Source of the DNA: Tetramitus jugosus
Lineage: Eukaryota; Protista; Heterolobosea
DNA: 64,000 bases
Direction: 5' to 3'
Assembly: GCA_937625935.1 (NCBI GenBank)
Contig: OW569389.1
Location: 124,001-188,000 of the forward strand
Part shown: positions 43,749-54,963 of the stretch, piece by piece
Layout: every line of letters starts with the position of its first letter
How positions within the stretch are numbered: the first letter of the stretch is position 1
Program-made: the position numbers and the translations under genes
The notes under the pieces: model-generated
Seen by the model: the letters and a program-made list of their open reading frames with translations, nothing else
Told to the model about the DNA's origin: nothing
Databases searched by the model: none

Positions 43749-44741
43749 TTATAGTTTGGTAAAGCTTGTGGATCCTGGTACGAAGATTGAATTGCCTATA
43801 TGATTATAATATGGCCACACAGACTCAATCACTAACTTCTTGTAGTTCACTTGGATCCAGTGTGTTTGACCCTGTGGGTTATTGTACAGTACGTAATAGT
43901 AGCCATTGTTGATATCTATGCCACCGGCATTTCTTTCTGTGTAGCCGATAGCACGCATATTCAACTGATCTGCGTTGTACACAGTGTAGTTGCCTGTTGT
44001 TAAGTCGAGGCTGGCAAATTCACTGCTTGATGTCACACCGTAGAGCATGTTTGTTCTGGGGTCAATCTGTGCATTCTGAATAAAATCAGGCACGGGAATC
44101 TTCTTCTCCAATTGTTTAGTAATCATGTTGTACTTGAGGAGAGCAGGATGAAGAGTTCCATTGGAAGGAGTGGCTGCAACATAGTAGTAATGATTCACAC
44201 TATCATAAACCAGACAACTATCAATAACAGAATACATCCCAGGGATATCTTTGATCAGTTCTTCTCTGTGCCCGGTCTTCAAATTGTACTTAGAAATGGA
44301 CAAGCGGCGTCCTGAAGATCCACCTACACCAAAAAGAGTTTGAAGCTTGGAATCGAACTGAATATCGGCAGGAATGCCAAATGGATTCAGGTGCACTCGA
44401 TTGACAAGTTTGAGGGTATCGGCATCGAACATGTCAATGACACCTTTCAGGGTAGAGACACTAAGCAACATGATTGTTCTCGAGACAGAATCGAACGCAA
44501 CATTCAGGTATGAATCGATCTCTTTTCTTCCGACTTCATTACTCACCTTAATAATCGATCCATCCACTGTGCTCACCTGAACCAAGGACGAATTGTCATA
44601 AATCGAATCAGTTGTAGCGAAAATAAAGGAGGGATAAGTGACAGCAGTGGCAACTTCAGAGGAGGCTTGAACAAATAACTGGGGAAGCACCAAACAAACC
44701 AGGGCAGCAAAGGACAGCAACAAAAGCAATAATCTTGACAT
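43749..44741 (-). CDS. Secreted beta-propeller-like protein
   Basis: Signal peptide; repeated blade motifs FDSVSRTI, FDSKLQTLFG, YDSVNHYYY, IDPRTNMLYG. Confidence 0.7.
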   Translation of the reverse strand: MSRLLLLLLSFAALVCLVLPQLFVQASSEVATAVTYPSFIFATTDSIYDNSSLVQVSTVDGSIIKVSNEVGRKEIDSYLNVAFDSVSRTIMLLSVSTLKGVIDMFDADTLKLVNRVHLNPFGIPADIQFDSKLQTLFGVGGSSGRRLSISKYNLKTGHREELIKDIPGMYSVIDSCLVYDSVNHYYYVAATPSNGTLHPALLKYNMITKQLEKKIPVPDFIQNAQIDPRTNMLYGVTSSSEFASLDLTTGNYTVYNADQLNMRAIGYTERNAGGIDINNGYYYVLYNNPQGQTHWIQVNYKKLVIESVWPYYNHIGNSIFVPGSTSFTKL

Positions 44742-45130
44742 TGTTTTTTCTGGGATTAAATTATTGTGTGAAAGATAATCTCACAACCGTGACTTTCAAT
44801 TAGCGAGTTCTCGCAGCGAGATCTCCGTTTTTTGGAAGCTTTTCTTCCAATTCCCTGAAAGGCGATGGTAGGGATAGATATTCAGGAACAAAACCTCATG
44901 CCAAAGACCAGATATGGAGGACAACCCAGTATCTCAAAGAATATCAAGTTATACAAAGTTCTTCAATTCGTTGATATCCAGGTCAGCGCAATCGTTTTGG
45001 CTCCAAAATTTGGTTGCTCATTCCAAAAAAATGAGGAACAAGAAAAGTCCGTTATTTCATACAAAAAAAATCATACAACAAAAAACCACACAAAACAACT
45101 CCCACAACTCCTCCCAACACAAACACAACC

Positions 45131-48100
45131 ATGAACAACACTCACACTCACACCCACCTCCATCAATCACTCCTTCAAAAACACATCATCATCACATCCA
45201 TCATTGGACCTCCCTTCTCTGGCAAACACAAACAATTTCAACAAAAGTATGAGACCAATGGGTATCAACTCGTTCATGCCAATCCAACTTTTTCAGTCGA
45301 TCACATTCGATCCAAACTCTCCTCCTCCACATCATCATCATCATCATCATCATCATCAGTGATTAAACTATGTGTACTATGCATCAATTTGGAAGAAGAA
45401 TCACATGTGATACAAGATCGATTGGGATTACGATACAGTGACTGTGAATTGAATCGTGTGTTTGTTCATTGTCAATATGGATTGACTCAATCATTATGGG
45501 CCAGTGAATTCTGTTTTGCTGAACAGTTTGATAACAGTGATCAGTGTTACAATGAGTCCATTGTGGAGCAATTGAAACAATTTTATCAATTTTTTATTTC
45601 GAATGAGACGCCGTTGTTTGCCAAGGAGTCGTATCGTCGTCGACGTAACCACAATGAACTGACGTTATCGTCATCAAAATCATCGAAAACCAACAACAAC
45701 AATAGTAGTAGTAGTAGTAGTAGTAGTGGTAGTCATGCGAATGTGAAATCATCATCACAATTAGAAGTTGGATTATTTGTGAATCGAGATGCATACGTGT
45801 TTACTCATCAAGGATTGATCATTGATGCACATGCATTGTTTACTGCACTCAATAACAACAATAACAACAATAATGATGAGAATGAAAATAATAGGGATGC
45901 CAATGCACAAAACAAGAAGCGAAAAAACAAGAAGCGAGAATTGAAAATCAAGGATGAAAAACTAGTGTCCTACATGTTTCAACAGTGGAATTGTATGAAG
46001 GGTCATGATCACGGTCGAATTATTCTATTTTATGATGATAAACAATTTCGTAAGGCATTGTCGATACCTGATGATGACGATGCACTAACGACTAGTAAGT
46101 GTGTAGAGATGATGCGTGATGCGATATTGAATTTGGATCTATCGTTTCCAGTGTATTATGTGTATGGTGACAATAGTCAATCAAGAGAGGAAAATTTGTT
46201 TTTTCAAATGCCGAATCCAGGGATGTTTGCCTTTGTACAGTACAGTCACAGCTTAAATATGGCACAATCTCTGTATTTGCGTTGTTCCATCGGTTCATCG
46301 ATCACAAGAAGCGAACAACAAGATCTCATACCTGTCAAATTTTGTGAGTATGACTCGTTTTGTAAGGTATTTGAACGACTAGGTGCAGTGACGGAGAGCC
46401 AACGGCAAGCAGACATATTGAGTGAGACAATATCGTCAGAACTAAAGCAAATGGTGAACGAGCCAAATTCAAAACTAGTGAAAATGATTGAAACAATGGA
46501 GCATTGCTCTCATGTGAAATCCGTGTTGATACCTACGGTGAAGCGATTTCCTCTTTTGCAACAACTTGCATATGATGATGATATTACGGATGAGTGCTTC
46601 TTTGAGTTGAAGGGTAGGAGTTGCTCTGGTCGAGCACATGGGATTATTCTTCAGCGCAAGTACATTCAATTCTTTGAGGATCAAGAAGACAATTTTGAAT
46701 CGAGGTGTGAAGACATAACGAGAGGATCAGAGTCAAGCACCGCTGATATCAAAGTTGATGAATATGAGGAGCCAAAGAGTCCTGTCACGAAACTAGGATT
46801 TTCAGAGAATACTCAGTTTATTTCCCCAGTTGCGAAACGGGCAAACACAGAGCAAGAGCAGACAATAACTCCTCCATCCAAACAGCAGAGTGAACATAAG
46901 ATATTGATGACCATCCCGCAAATCTCTCAACTATTTGGAATCGTGTATTTCCAAAGAGGAAGAGATTACAAAAACAGCAAGCGCATTTCTCATTTGAGAA
47001 CGAAAACTGTTACCTCTAATGCTTTCAAGTTGTACAGTATGTGTGATGGATCTAGAGACGAGCCATACAAGCAGGAAAGTTTGTTCAAATCTGGCAAACT
47101 GCTAAAATCGATCTGTACATGTCCAATCGGAGAAGAAAATGGAGGATGCAAGCACGTGTGTGCTCAATTATTAGCCTATCTAGACAAGGAAAACTATGAG
47201 AAGAGCACAGTCGAAGCTGACAAGAGTCGGGTAAAGCTACCTACTCCACAGTTGTTCTCATCATTAGATCCAATGGATGACAAGTGGTGCATTCGAGGAA
47301 AGGTTCTCAAAAAGACAAACGTCAAAAATTGGGCGAATAGAAGCAACTCGGGTAAGGTGGCTGCCGTCTTATTGCAAGATGAACTAGTGAAAAATTACAC
47401 AAACGAGACTGTGAACCAGATTAAGGTTGTTATGTTTACTGAAGCGATTAATGAATTTTATGACCTGTTGGAAGAAAAGAACACGTACTACATTGCCTTT
47501 GGTAATCTCCAACATTCCAATCCTAATCATAACTCAACAGCTATGACCAGTGCAGTGACAGGTCAAATTTCCCAATACGAGATTCAACTAAATCCACAAT
47601 TCTCGATTGTGAGACCTACGAACCAGCTTGGATTTTCGGATAATTTTGAGGCGACGAGGAATCAACCAGCAAAGTCAAAGAGTGCTGCTGATCCTTCGTT
47701 CCGGGAGCATTTTGAAACACGAGTAGCAAAGGAAGGTGACGGAACACTCGCGTTTGCTCCTTTTTGTGAAGATGTGAGACCTGCTTCGCCCACAAAACAA
47801 ACCACACCCAAGAAGCGGAGAGTCCATGAGATAGATGATGACGACGATGATCCACTTCGATTGCTTGAGGAGCTGAACGATACTTGTGATGATCGAGTCG
47901 AAAAAGAACAAGACTCCCCAATTCAAGAGATTTCTAGCTCTAAGAGCGTCAGTCCCTCGAAGAAACGGAAAGTGACAAGTCAACTTGCAAACGAAGCCCA
48001 ACGAAGATACTCTGAACCAGTGCGAAAACTAACCTTTCCTGACAACACACCCGATAAGACTACTGTCCAACAGACCACAGCCAACACTGAAGTCATAACT

Positions 48101-48175
48101 GATAACCCAACAGAGTTTAAAACACCCAAAAAGGTGTCTCTTGTGAGCTTACTGAGCGCCTTGAGAAACACATAA
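45131..48175 (+). CDS. Multidomain protein: degenerate P-loop and HAD (PNKP-like), SWIM zinc finger, RPA1-type OB fold
   Basis: IIGPPFSGK; GLIID and PNPGMF; CTCPIGEENGGCKHVCAQLL; KWCIRGKVLKKTNVKNWANRSNSGKV...FYDLLEEKNTYYI. Confidence 0.7.
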   Translation: MNNTHTHTHLHQSLLQKHIIITSIIGPPFSGKHKQFQQKYETNGYQLVHANPTFSVDHIRSKLSSSTSSSSSSSSSVIKLCVLCINLEEESHVIQDRLGLRYSDCELNRVFVHCQYGLTQSLWASEFCFAEQFDNSDQCYNESIVEQLKQFYQFFISNETPLFAKESYRRRRNHNELTLSSSKSSKTNNNNSSSSSSSSGSHANVKSSSQLEVGLFVNRDAYVFTHQGLIIDAHALFTALNNNNNNNNDENENNRDANAQNKKRKNKKRELKIKDEKLVSYMFQQWNCMKGHDHGRIILFYDDKQFRKALSIPDDDDALTTSKCVEMMRDAILNLDLSFPVYYVYGDNSQSREENLFFQMPNPGMFAFVQYSHSLNMAQSLYLRCSIGSSITRSEQQDLIPVKFCEYDSFCKVFERLGAVTESQRQADILSETISSELKQMVNEPNSKLVKMIETMEHCSHVKSVLIPTVKRFPLLQQLAYDDDITDECFFELKGRSCSGRAHGIILQRKYIQFFEDQEDNFESRCEDITRGSESSTADIKVDEYEEPKSPVTKLGFSENTQFISPVAKRANTEQEQTITPPSKQQSEHKILMTIPQISQLFGIVYFQRGRDYKNSKRISHLRTKTVTSNAFKLYSMCDGSRDEPYKQESLFKSGKLLKSICTCPIGEENGGCKHVCAQLLAYLDKENYEKSTVEADKSRVKLPTPQLFSSLDPMDDKWCIRGKVLKKTNVKNWANRSNSGKVAAVLLQDELVKNYTNETVNQIKVVMFTEAINEFYDLLEEKNTYYIAFGNLQHSNPNHNSTAMTSAVTGQISQYEIQLNPQFSIVRPTNQLGFSDNFEATRNQPAKSKSAADPSFREHFETRVAKEGDGTLAFAPFCEDVRPASPTKQTTPKKRRVHEIDDDDDDPLRLLEELNDTCDDRVEKEQDSPIQEISSSKSVSPSKKRKVTSQLANEAQRRYSEPVRKLTFPDNTPDKTTVQQTTANTEVITDNPTEFKTPKKVSLVSLLSALRNT

Positions 48176-48240
48176 ATTGTTATTTTCCGAAGAACTGGTA
48201 ATTTTTTAACGTTCAAGACCGCTTGGAGAGAGAAAGAACA

Positions 48241-51200
48241 ATGGCAGAACAAAAGGCTTTACTGAATGTTGATGGTTCTCACGAAGATTCGAAGAGTGTG
48301 ATTGGAAGTCCCGAGGATGATATTGGATGGAGTGGTTCTGTTCTTCCTTGGAATACCAGAGAAAAATCCGAGAGTCGTCCCCACACATCCAACACAACAA
48401 CATCTCTGACCGCTGATGATTTGTTTCTGATGAGCAAGGATAATAATTACAGCTCTAAATCAAGTAACAACAAAAACTCCAACATTATTGGTCTCGAAGA
48501 ACTACAAGTGAAAAGTGCGCGAGAAGTAATGCTCTCTCTTGGAGAGAATACAGATATTGATGTTGATTCACCTCTATTCAATAGCTCTCCTCGATTGGAG
48601 AAGCGAGCAGCAACAACATCCCATCGAAAGAAGAAGCTAGTGAAAAAACCATTTGAGACTGATAGTAATTCAAGTCCACTGCTAGCTCAAGCTATGATCA
48701 TAATGGATCATACAGATAATCACTTTTCGAGTGTTCGAAAACTTCCAAAGAGAGAAATTCGAAAATCCAATGATTCAAAATCAACGATTCTTCCTCAAGT
48801 TCCCGACTCTCCAAAAGAAGTGCACAAGTTAATATATGTGAATAACCAATCGTCGATATATATCTCACAATCAAATAATCCTCAAAAAAAGAGATCGACT
48901 TCTGTTAACTTGGATGAGATCTCTCGCCGTAAATTGGAATTATCTTCTGTACATAAGAGGACAGATGATAGATTAGGAAATTTTGCATTAAGATCGTCGA
49001 GGCTTACTCTAGACGAGAAGAGAGGGAAAGCGAGGAGCAAACAGGACTCTCGGCCGGATATTTCAACAGAAGAAATAGTCGAGGAGAGGGTAACAAAATC
49101 AGAAGAGAGTAAGGAGATCGAAAAGTTAGAGGAGCCAGTGTTGACTGTCAGGTTTGTCCAAGTGGACACTGAGAGGGAGCAAGTACTAGATCCAAAAGAT
49201 CTTGAAAGTCCTGAGAAACCGAACAGTGACATTATGGACTTGTTATATGATGATAATGATGCCGAAATATATAGATATTCTATCCATATGGATAAGGATG
49301 GAAGAGAGAGATCTTACTCTCCTCACACGACCCGAGCGATGGCAGTATTGAACGAAAGTGAGGCCCTGAAGCGACGAAAAAGAGATCATACTTCAATATT
49401 TCATCGCGATAAAGTCTTCAAAAAATCATTGAGGAATGCCAAATCAATGATTCATGCAATATCATCGAACAAAGAGAAACCTAGTAATGATATTTCTTAT
49501 CTGCTCGAGGAAGAAATGGCAAAGTTACGAAAGAGCCAATTAAACCAGATATCTAGGAGCAATATGCAAAAAGCAGTTAAATCAACTCTCCAGCAAGTCA
49601 TGGGAGAGCAATTAAGCAGTAAGAATATCGATGAAGAAATCGGAGCTCTAAATGTCAATATCGAAACTCTCTCAACTGCAACAGAAGAATTGATCTTGAA
49701 ACTACCAGAAATCAAAAACTTGGTGAACAACAATGAAAATGATTCGAAGCAACAATCTTTTGAAAGGGAGGAAAGTGAATATAGTATAGTTGACGAAGTG
49801 TTAAAAGCTGTAAGTCGCCAAACTATATCGATACCTAAGACTAAAATACCAAGAGAATACTTTGTAATCGAATCATCTCCTTTGATTACTCGGACAGAAC
49901 TAGAAAAAGAGGTAAAGTACAATGTTGAAGACAATAGTTGGCAAACAAAAATATTTCCATCAAATAAGCCTGGATCTCGTGTGGAAGTTATTCATTTGGC
50001 CAAAACGTTTGAGGCTATGCTAAAAGCAATCGAAGCACAAAATGTAGATGAAGTTGGATCGTTAAAGGCACAAATGGAAATAATTGATATTATTTCTAAC
50101 GAAATTGTTCGCCAAGTGTATGTGACATGCGCTGAAAGGGGTGTGTTAATTCAACAAGTTTTGACCATGATGCAGGAGCAGAATAAAACTATCCTCAAAT
50201 GGCATCAAGATGCCATGTGTAATACGAATAAGCAAAGAGATGTTCTAAAAGATAAGAACGAGACAGTCCTATCCCTTCAATATCTACTACGAGAGAAAGA
50301 TGAGAAAATTCATAAACATGTGATGAAAATTGATAAGCAGAACTCAACCATTGCGAGTTTAGAGGCGAAAGTGAAACAATTGGAGAAAAAGGTCCAACGA
50401 ATGATGGATGGATACCACGTCTCAGAACAAACAATTAATGTAAATCCGCGCAACGTTTCAAAGAATGACTCGTCGGATCAAGTGCATAAAACTGACTTGA
50501 CTACAAAGGAAGGTGTTCAGAACGAGATCAACACCGTAGGAGTAGAACAAGTAGCTCGTGAAACAAGAGATGAGGAAGTTCAAGTTTCTGGAGCAGAAAC
50601 AAGAAGCATTGATGTGGATACCGATTTTATTGAGGGCCTGTCACTAGAGAGTATTCGGTTGATACGAGAGGAAATTATGCATCTGGAAGCTCTAAGGACG
50701 GAAGCAATACAACAAAGCGAAGAGATACAAGAAATTCAAATTAAGAATGCTTTATTGGAAGCTGAGAAATTGATGGCAATGCAAAAAGCCAATCAATTAG
50801 AAGAGAAATGTGCTGAAGACAAAGAAGTGCAAACAAGTTCAATTTCTCAGATAGCCATAGGTATCCAATTTGACTCTCCATACTCTACACCAATGGTATT
50901 AGACAATACTAAATTAACTATATCTGTTGCTACGTCGACTAGTCCTCCAACTTCAACCCCAACATCTCCAACGTTCGACCATACGAGTACTCTTGTTGAT
51001 ATTTCAATGGATCTACTGACTCCTGAATCGCCTATGGATCCCAGTAATCTGTTCTCAGAGTCATTAGATGAGACAGACAAAATTGTACAGAAAATTAACT
51101 CCAAATTATCTCCTTCTCCAGTGCGCAAAAAGTATGGCATTTCGAGATCTAATCCAACCTCTGTTAGTCCTAGTACCAGACTCTCTCCTTTCGATGGTGC

Positions 51201-52070
51201 AAACTCCCGGATCAGGAAGACGCCAGTATCTTGTGATTTAACTGAGACGAAGCGGAGAGTTAAGGAATATAAGTTTAGGAAATTAAAATTGGAGGAAGTA
51301 GATCAGGTATTCATCGAAATCTTAGATGCAAAAAAGTCTGATGCTAGAATACAGAGCTTAAGATGGGTGAATCGATTGATATTAGATATTTTCTCAGAAT
51401 TAACGAACAATGATTTCTTGTCGACAGTTAATGAGTTAAGAATGGTTCGGAGGTTTATCTACGATTTTCATCTGGTGAAATTTGGTCTCCCAAGTATTGC
51501 ATTGAATCACCTTGCAGAATTTTTGTTTAATGTGAACAAGAAGTTTGTTGAGAGTATCAGAATCCAAATGTTCTGCAACTTCTGTTACATGGCCGAATGG
51601 TGTGGACAGGAACAAAAACCAGAATATACTTTGGCTACATTGCAATTCTACTTGTAAGTAATACTACCCTCTTATGGTCATTAACTGACTGAATGACTAA
51701 CGCCCAACTTTTGCTTGTGTACAACAGACGTGTCCTTCATTTCACCAAAGTGATTTTGAACAAACGGGCCTTGCATGAACTCGAAGAGGGAGCCCTGTAC
51801 GTATCCACAGCTTTTATCATGAATATGATAGACAAGATGAATGTACCTCTCCTTCCAGAAGAACTCTCTCGCTTCACAAAAGCAATGGAAGCAGAAGCTG
51901 ATGGTAACTACGTGTACTATGATAGCATACTACTCTTGCTCGTTCGGACCTATCACGAGCACTTAATTGCCAGAGGAGAACGAGGCTTTCCGAGAATCAA
52001 CAACAATAGCTCCAACAACAGCTTAGGCCAAGAGCTCCCAATTTCATTGACAATCAATGCAGGAGCCTAG
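48241..52070 (+). CDS. Large coiled-coil protein with axonemal dynein light chain (AXDND1/p28-like) domain; intron 51654-51727
   Basis: FPSNKPGSRVEV...NEIVRQVYVTCAERGVLI. A GTAAGT...CTAAC...CAG intron joins ORF 48223-51657 to 51693-52070. Confidence 0.7.
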
Positions 52071-52136
52071 TAGTAATATCGGGCATTTCAAAACTTAAGA
52101 CATCTTTTAACTTATAAAGAAAATTCCTCATTGACT

Positions 52137-52688
52137 TTATTTTGAAAAAATGACATTGTGTTGAGATAGCAACTTCTCCAAATCCTTGGTCTCATAGTCT
52201 CCCTTGTTCAACTCATCCAATCCAACAATTGAATGCTCCGTCTTTTGGTCAATGACCAACACAACAGTTGGCATCATCCAAATCTTTAATCTATCCACCA
52301 AAAATGGTGATTTTTCAGCATTAATCATCACAAACTTTGTTTCCATGTGTTTGTGTGATATCTTGGTCAAATGCTCCTCCAAAATCTTGCAATATTGATT
52401 GCTAGAATTGAAAAAGAGAGCCACAACTCTCTTTGAAGTCTTACAGGCCTCAAAGAATGACTTTTCATCATGTACTTCATTCATTTTTCCATGTCCATTG
52501 GATGCCCAAGAGCTTCTCTCTGCTTGTTGCTTCTTGAGATCAGCCAAGCGCTGACGTCTCAACTGCTCAAAATCATCTTCATCCAAATTTTCGACATTGT
52601 ATTGTTCAATTTGTTTGTCCAATTGCTTCTCAAGTTGGTGAGCTGTTTGGAGAACGGCTTGCTCTACAATTTGTTGTTGTTGGTTCAT
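52137..52688 (-). CDS. TXNDC9: Phosducin-like thioredoxin-domain protein TXNDC9/PhLP3
   Basis: FEQLRRQRLADLK, NGHG, HMETKFVMINAEKSPFLVDRLKIWMMPT. Confidence 0.9.
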   Translation of the reverse strand: MNQQQQIVEQAVLQTAHQLEKQLDKQIEQYNVENLDEDDFEQLRRQRLADLKKQQAERSSWASNGHGKMNEVHDEKSFFEACKTSKRVVALFFNSSNQYCKILEEHLTKISHKHMETKFVMINAEKSPFLVDRLKIWMMPTVVLVIDQKTEHSIVGLDELNKGDYETKDLEKLLSQHNVIFSK

Positions 52689-52910
52689 GCTTTTTGCTTT
52701 GCAATGGGCGTGTGTTTCTTTTCTCTCGTAAGTTTTGGCGCCAAGAAATGGCGCGAAGATGATTCGCTTTTTTCCGATATCGGGGTTCGATCTCTTTTTA
52801 GATTTCTTTCAAGTTCAAACACGTCCAACTCAACAGTCACAACAACGAAAGAGACCAAGCACAAAGCACAAACAAGCTTCTTCCTCGTCGATATCTGTAA
52901 TCTTTACTCA

Positions 52911-53696
52911 ATGACCTCACGAATCATATCTGTTGATATCGATCAAGAATCCCTCGATTCCTTCAAGAAACTGGCACAACAAAAACTGCAAATGCTCAAA
53001 ACAGAGTGCCAGAGCAGTGACAATGGCTGGAAGTTCCATAGTCAAGTAGAAAACATTGCCAGATACTCCAAGCAATCAAGTGACTCCCAGCATCACATGT
53101 TCAAGGGAGTCAGTCAAGTCAAAACTCGACTCAATGCCAAACAATTTGCCAAATGGCTCTCACGCGTTCACTCCAATGTTACGCTGCGCAAGGAACGAGT
53201 GGCACCTGGATTGATGGAATCGAATCCAGTGGAGGTGAAAAGTACCACATTGTCAGACTTGAACCGAAACGAAGATCCAAACAAGCAAATGTACAAGATG
53301 GAACAGATTCTGTATGAGACACCGAGTGCGCTCATTGCCAACAGAGAGTTTTACATTGTGTGGTTGTTTGACTACGTGTCTGACAATGAGTCTTACATGG
53401 TTTGTACGAGTATTGAGCACAATGCATTGCCACTGAAGAAGGGATTCGTGAGATCTGCGATTCACATTAGTGGATGGCGCATTGTCAAGCAAGATGTTGA
53501 CAATAGCAATCATAACAGTCTGGATATAACTTACTTGTCTCACAATGATCCTGGAGGATGGTTGCCTGCATGGATGGTCAACTCTCAACTGCCAGATCAG
53601 GTACTCGTGATTAGGAAGTGGGCCGATGTGTTGCATGAACAAGAAGAATCTAATACTCTTTCCGATATTCTATTTGATGAAACCATAGGAGGTTAG
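52911..53696 (+). CDS. START-domain lipid-binding protein
   Basis: NREF, SIEH...PLKKGFVRS, DPGGWLPAWMVN. Likely start is the ATG at 52911. Confidence 0.88.
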   Translation: MTSRIISVDIDQESLDSFKKLAQQKLQMLKTECQSSDNGWKFHSQVENIARYSKQSSDSQHHMFKGVSQVKTRLNAKQFAKWLSRVHSNVTLRKERVAPGLMESNPVEVKSTTLSDLNRNEDPNKQMYKMEQILYETPSALIANREFYIVWLFDYVSDNESYMVCTSIEHNALPLKKGFVRSAIHISGWRIVKQDVDNSNHNSLDITYLSHNDPGGWLPAWMVNSQLPDQVLVIRKWADVLHEQEESNTLSDILFDETIGG

Positions 53697-54133
53697 AGAA
53701 CCGTCCTTTCTTGTACAGTCCTTCCGTGTTTGTTATGCATAGTGCAATCGGTTTTGGAGATTCCTCCTGAACCCATTTTCTGTCATAAAATTCTGGTTCT
53801 TTATTTATGGCATTACTCGATTTGTTAGACTATTGTGGAAAATTATCGCACGTCAACAACAAATATGGAGCAAGTACAGTCATCCAGCGTTATATGGTTC
53901 ATTAAAGCACGAATGGAAAAAATAGATATGAAGTTGACACAGGAATCATCTCCCTTTATGTTCAGTTCTCATCATGTGGTTGACAGCAAACCCCGTGATA
54001 TATTATGTCCTTGTCCACTTTGAGTATAAAAGAGTGACCATTCCAGCCCAACCATTCATCGCTCTTCCACAACAACAGTAACACATACCAACCAATTAAC
54101 ACCACCCAACAACAATTTTGAAACTACAACAAC

Positions 54134-54619
54134 ATGCGAGTCCTATCCATCCTCATTCTATGCTGTGCTCTCCTCGTAGCATGCACACTGTTCCAACCAA
54201 CGAATGCCCAATGCCAAAAGACCCACGATAAATCTGGTTATTGTTCAATTGGTTACGATCTGCCATTGAATGTCACTGTTTCTGACAATGAGAAGAGCAT
54301 TGAAACATATTGGGTGTTGCGTTCCTACGGTGCGCCACTCTCCGAGAATTGTAGAAATGAGTACAAGAAGGGTCAATGTGCTTCATTTTATCCAAAGTGC
54401 ACTGAGGATCAACCTTATGGACTGCCAATCTGTGCCAGTCAATGTGAAAAGATTCGAATTGCTTGTGAGAATGATGACATTAAGATCACGGATCTTCGAT
54501 GTGGCAGTGATGACTCTGGGTGCGTCGTTACTGATGTGAGTGCCTCTGTCAGGTGTACATTCAGTATTACGTTCTTTGTTATCCTTCTTGTCACAATAAT
54601 AAACAATTTTGCTCTGTAG
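54134..54619 (+). CDS. Small secreted, probably GPI-anchored Frizzled-CRD-like protein
   Basis: Signal peptide, CRNEY...CASFYPKC...PICASQCEKIRIAC, hydrophobic C-terminus. Confidence 0.75.
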   Translation: MRVLSILILCCALLVACTLFQPTNAQCQKTHDKSGYCSIGYDLPLNVTVSDNEKSIETYWVLRSYGAPLSENCRNEYKKGQCASFYPKCTEDQPYGLPICASQCEKIRIACENDDIKITDLRCGSDDSGCVVTDVSASVRCTFSITFFVILLVTIINNFAL

Positions 54620-54963
54620 ATGTAACATTTCGTTATTGTTCACCGACTTACAAGCTTTGTCAACCAATATGAATGAATCATAGAAGAGCTCATTGAGATT
54701 GAAATTGATGTGGCCAACGGAGGAGATATCATAAGTCCAATTTCTCCTGTCCTTGCTTTGGAGTGCAGATATCTCGAAACCTCCCTAGTAATCCAAAGTC
54801 AATAGGCGATCGACTGATACTTGAACCCTTCTATTTATCCGTTGTTGGTTTTACCCCAGGTCCTTTCAACGGAATAAGCAGCTCAATGGTGGGATTACCC
54901 AGATAAATTCTCCAAAAACTCCAAAAAATCAAAAACACCAATTTTGTGACAACCAGAGCTGCC

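Noticed and set aside
52470-52910. Long N-terminal extension of the START ORF (likewise 24541-24819 and 13644-13841)
   Set aside because: These use non-ATG starts or overlap a neighbouring gene or UTR; downstream ATGs give complete domains.
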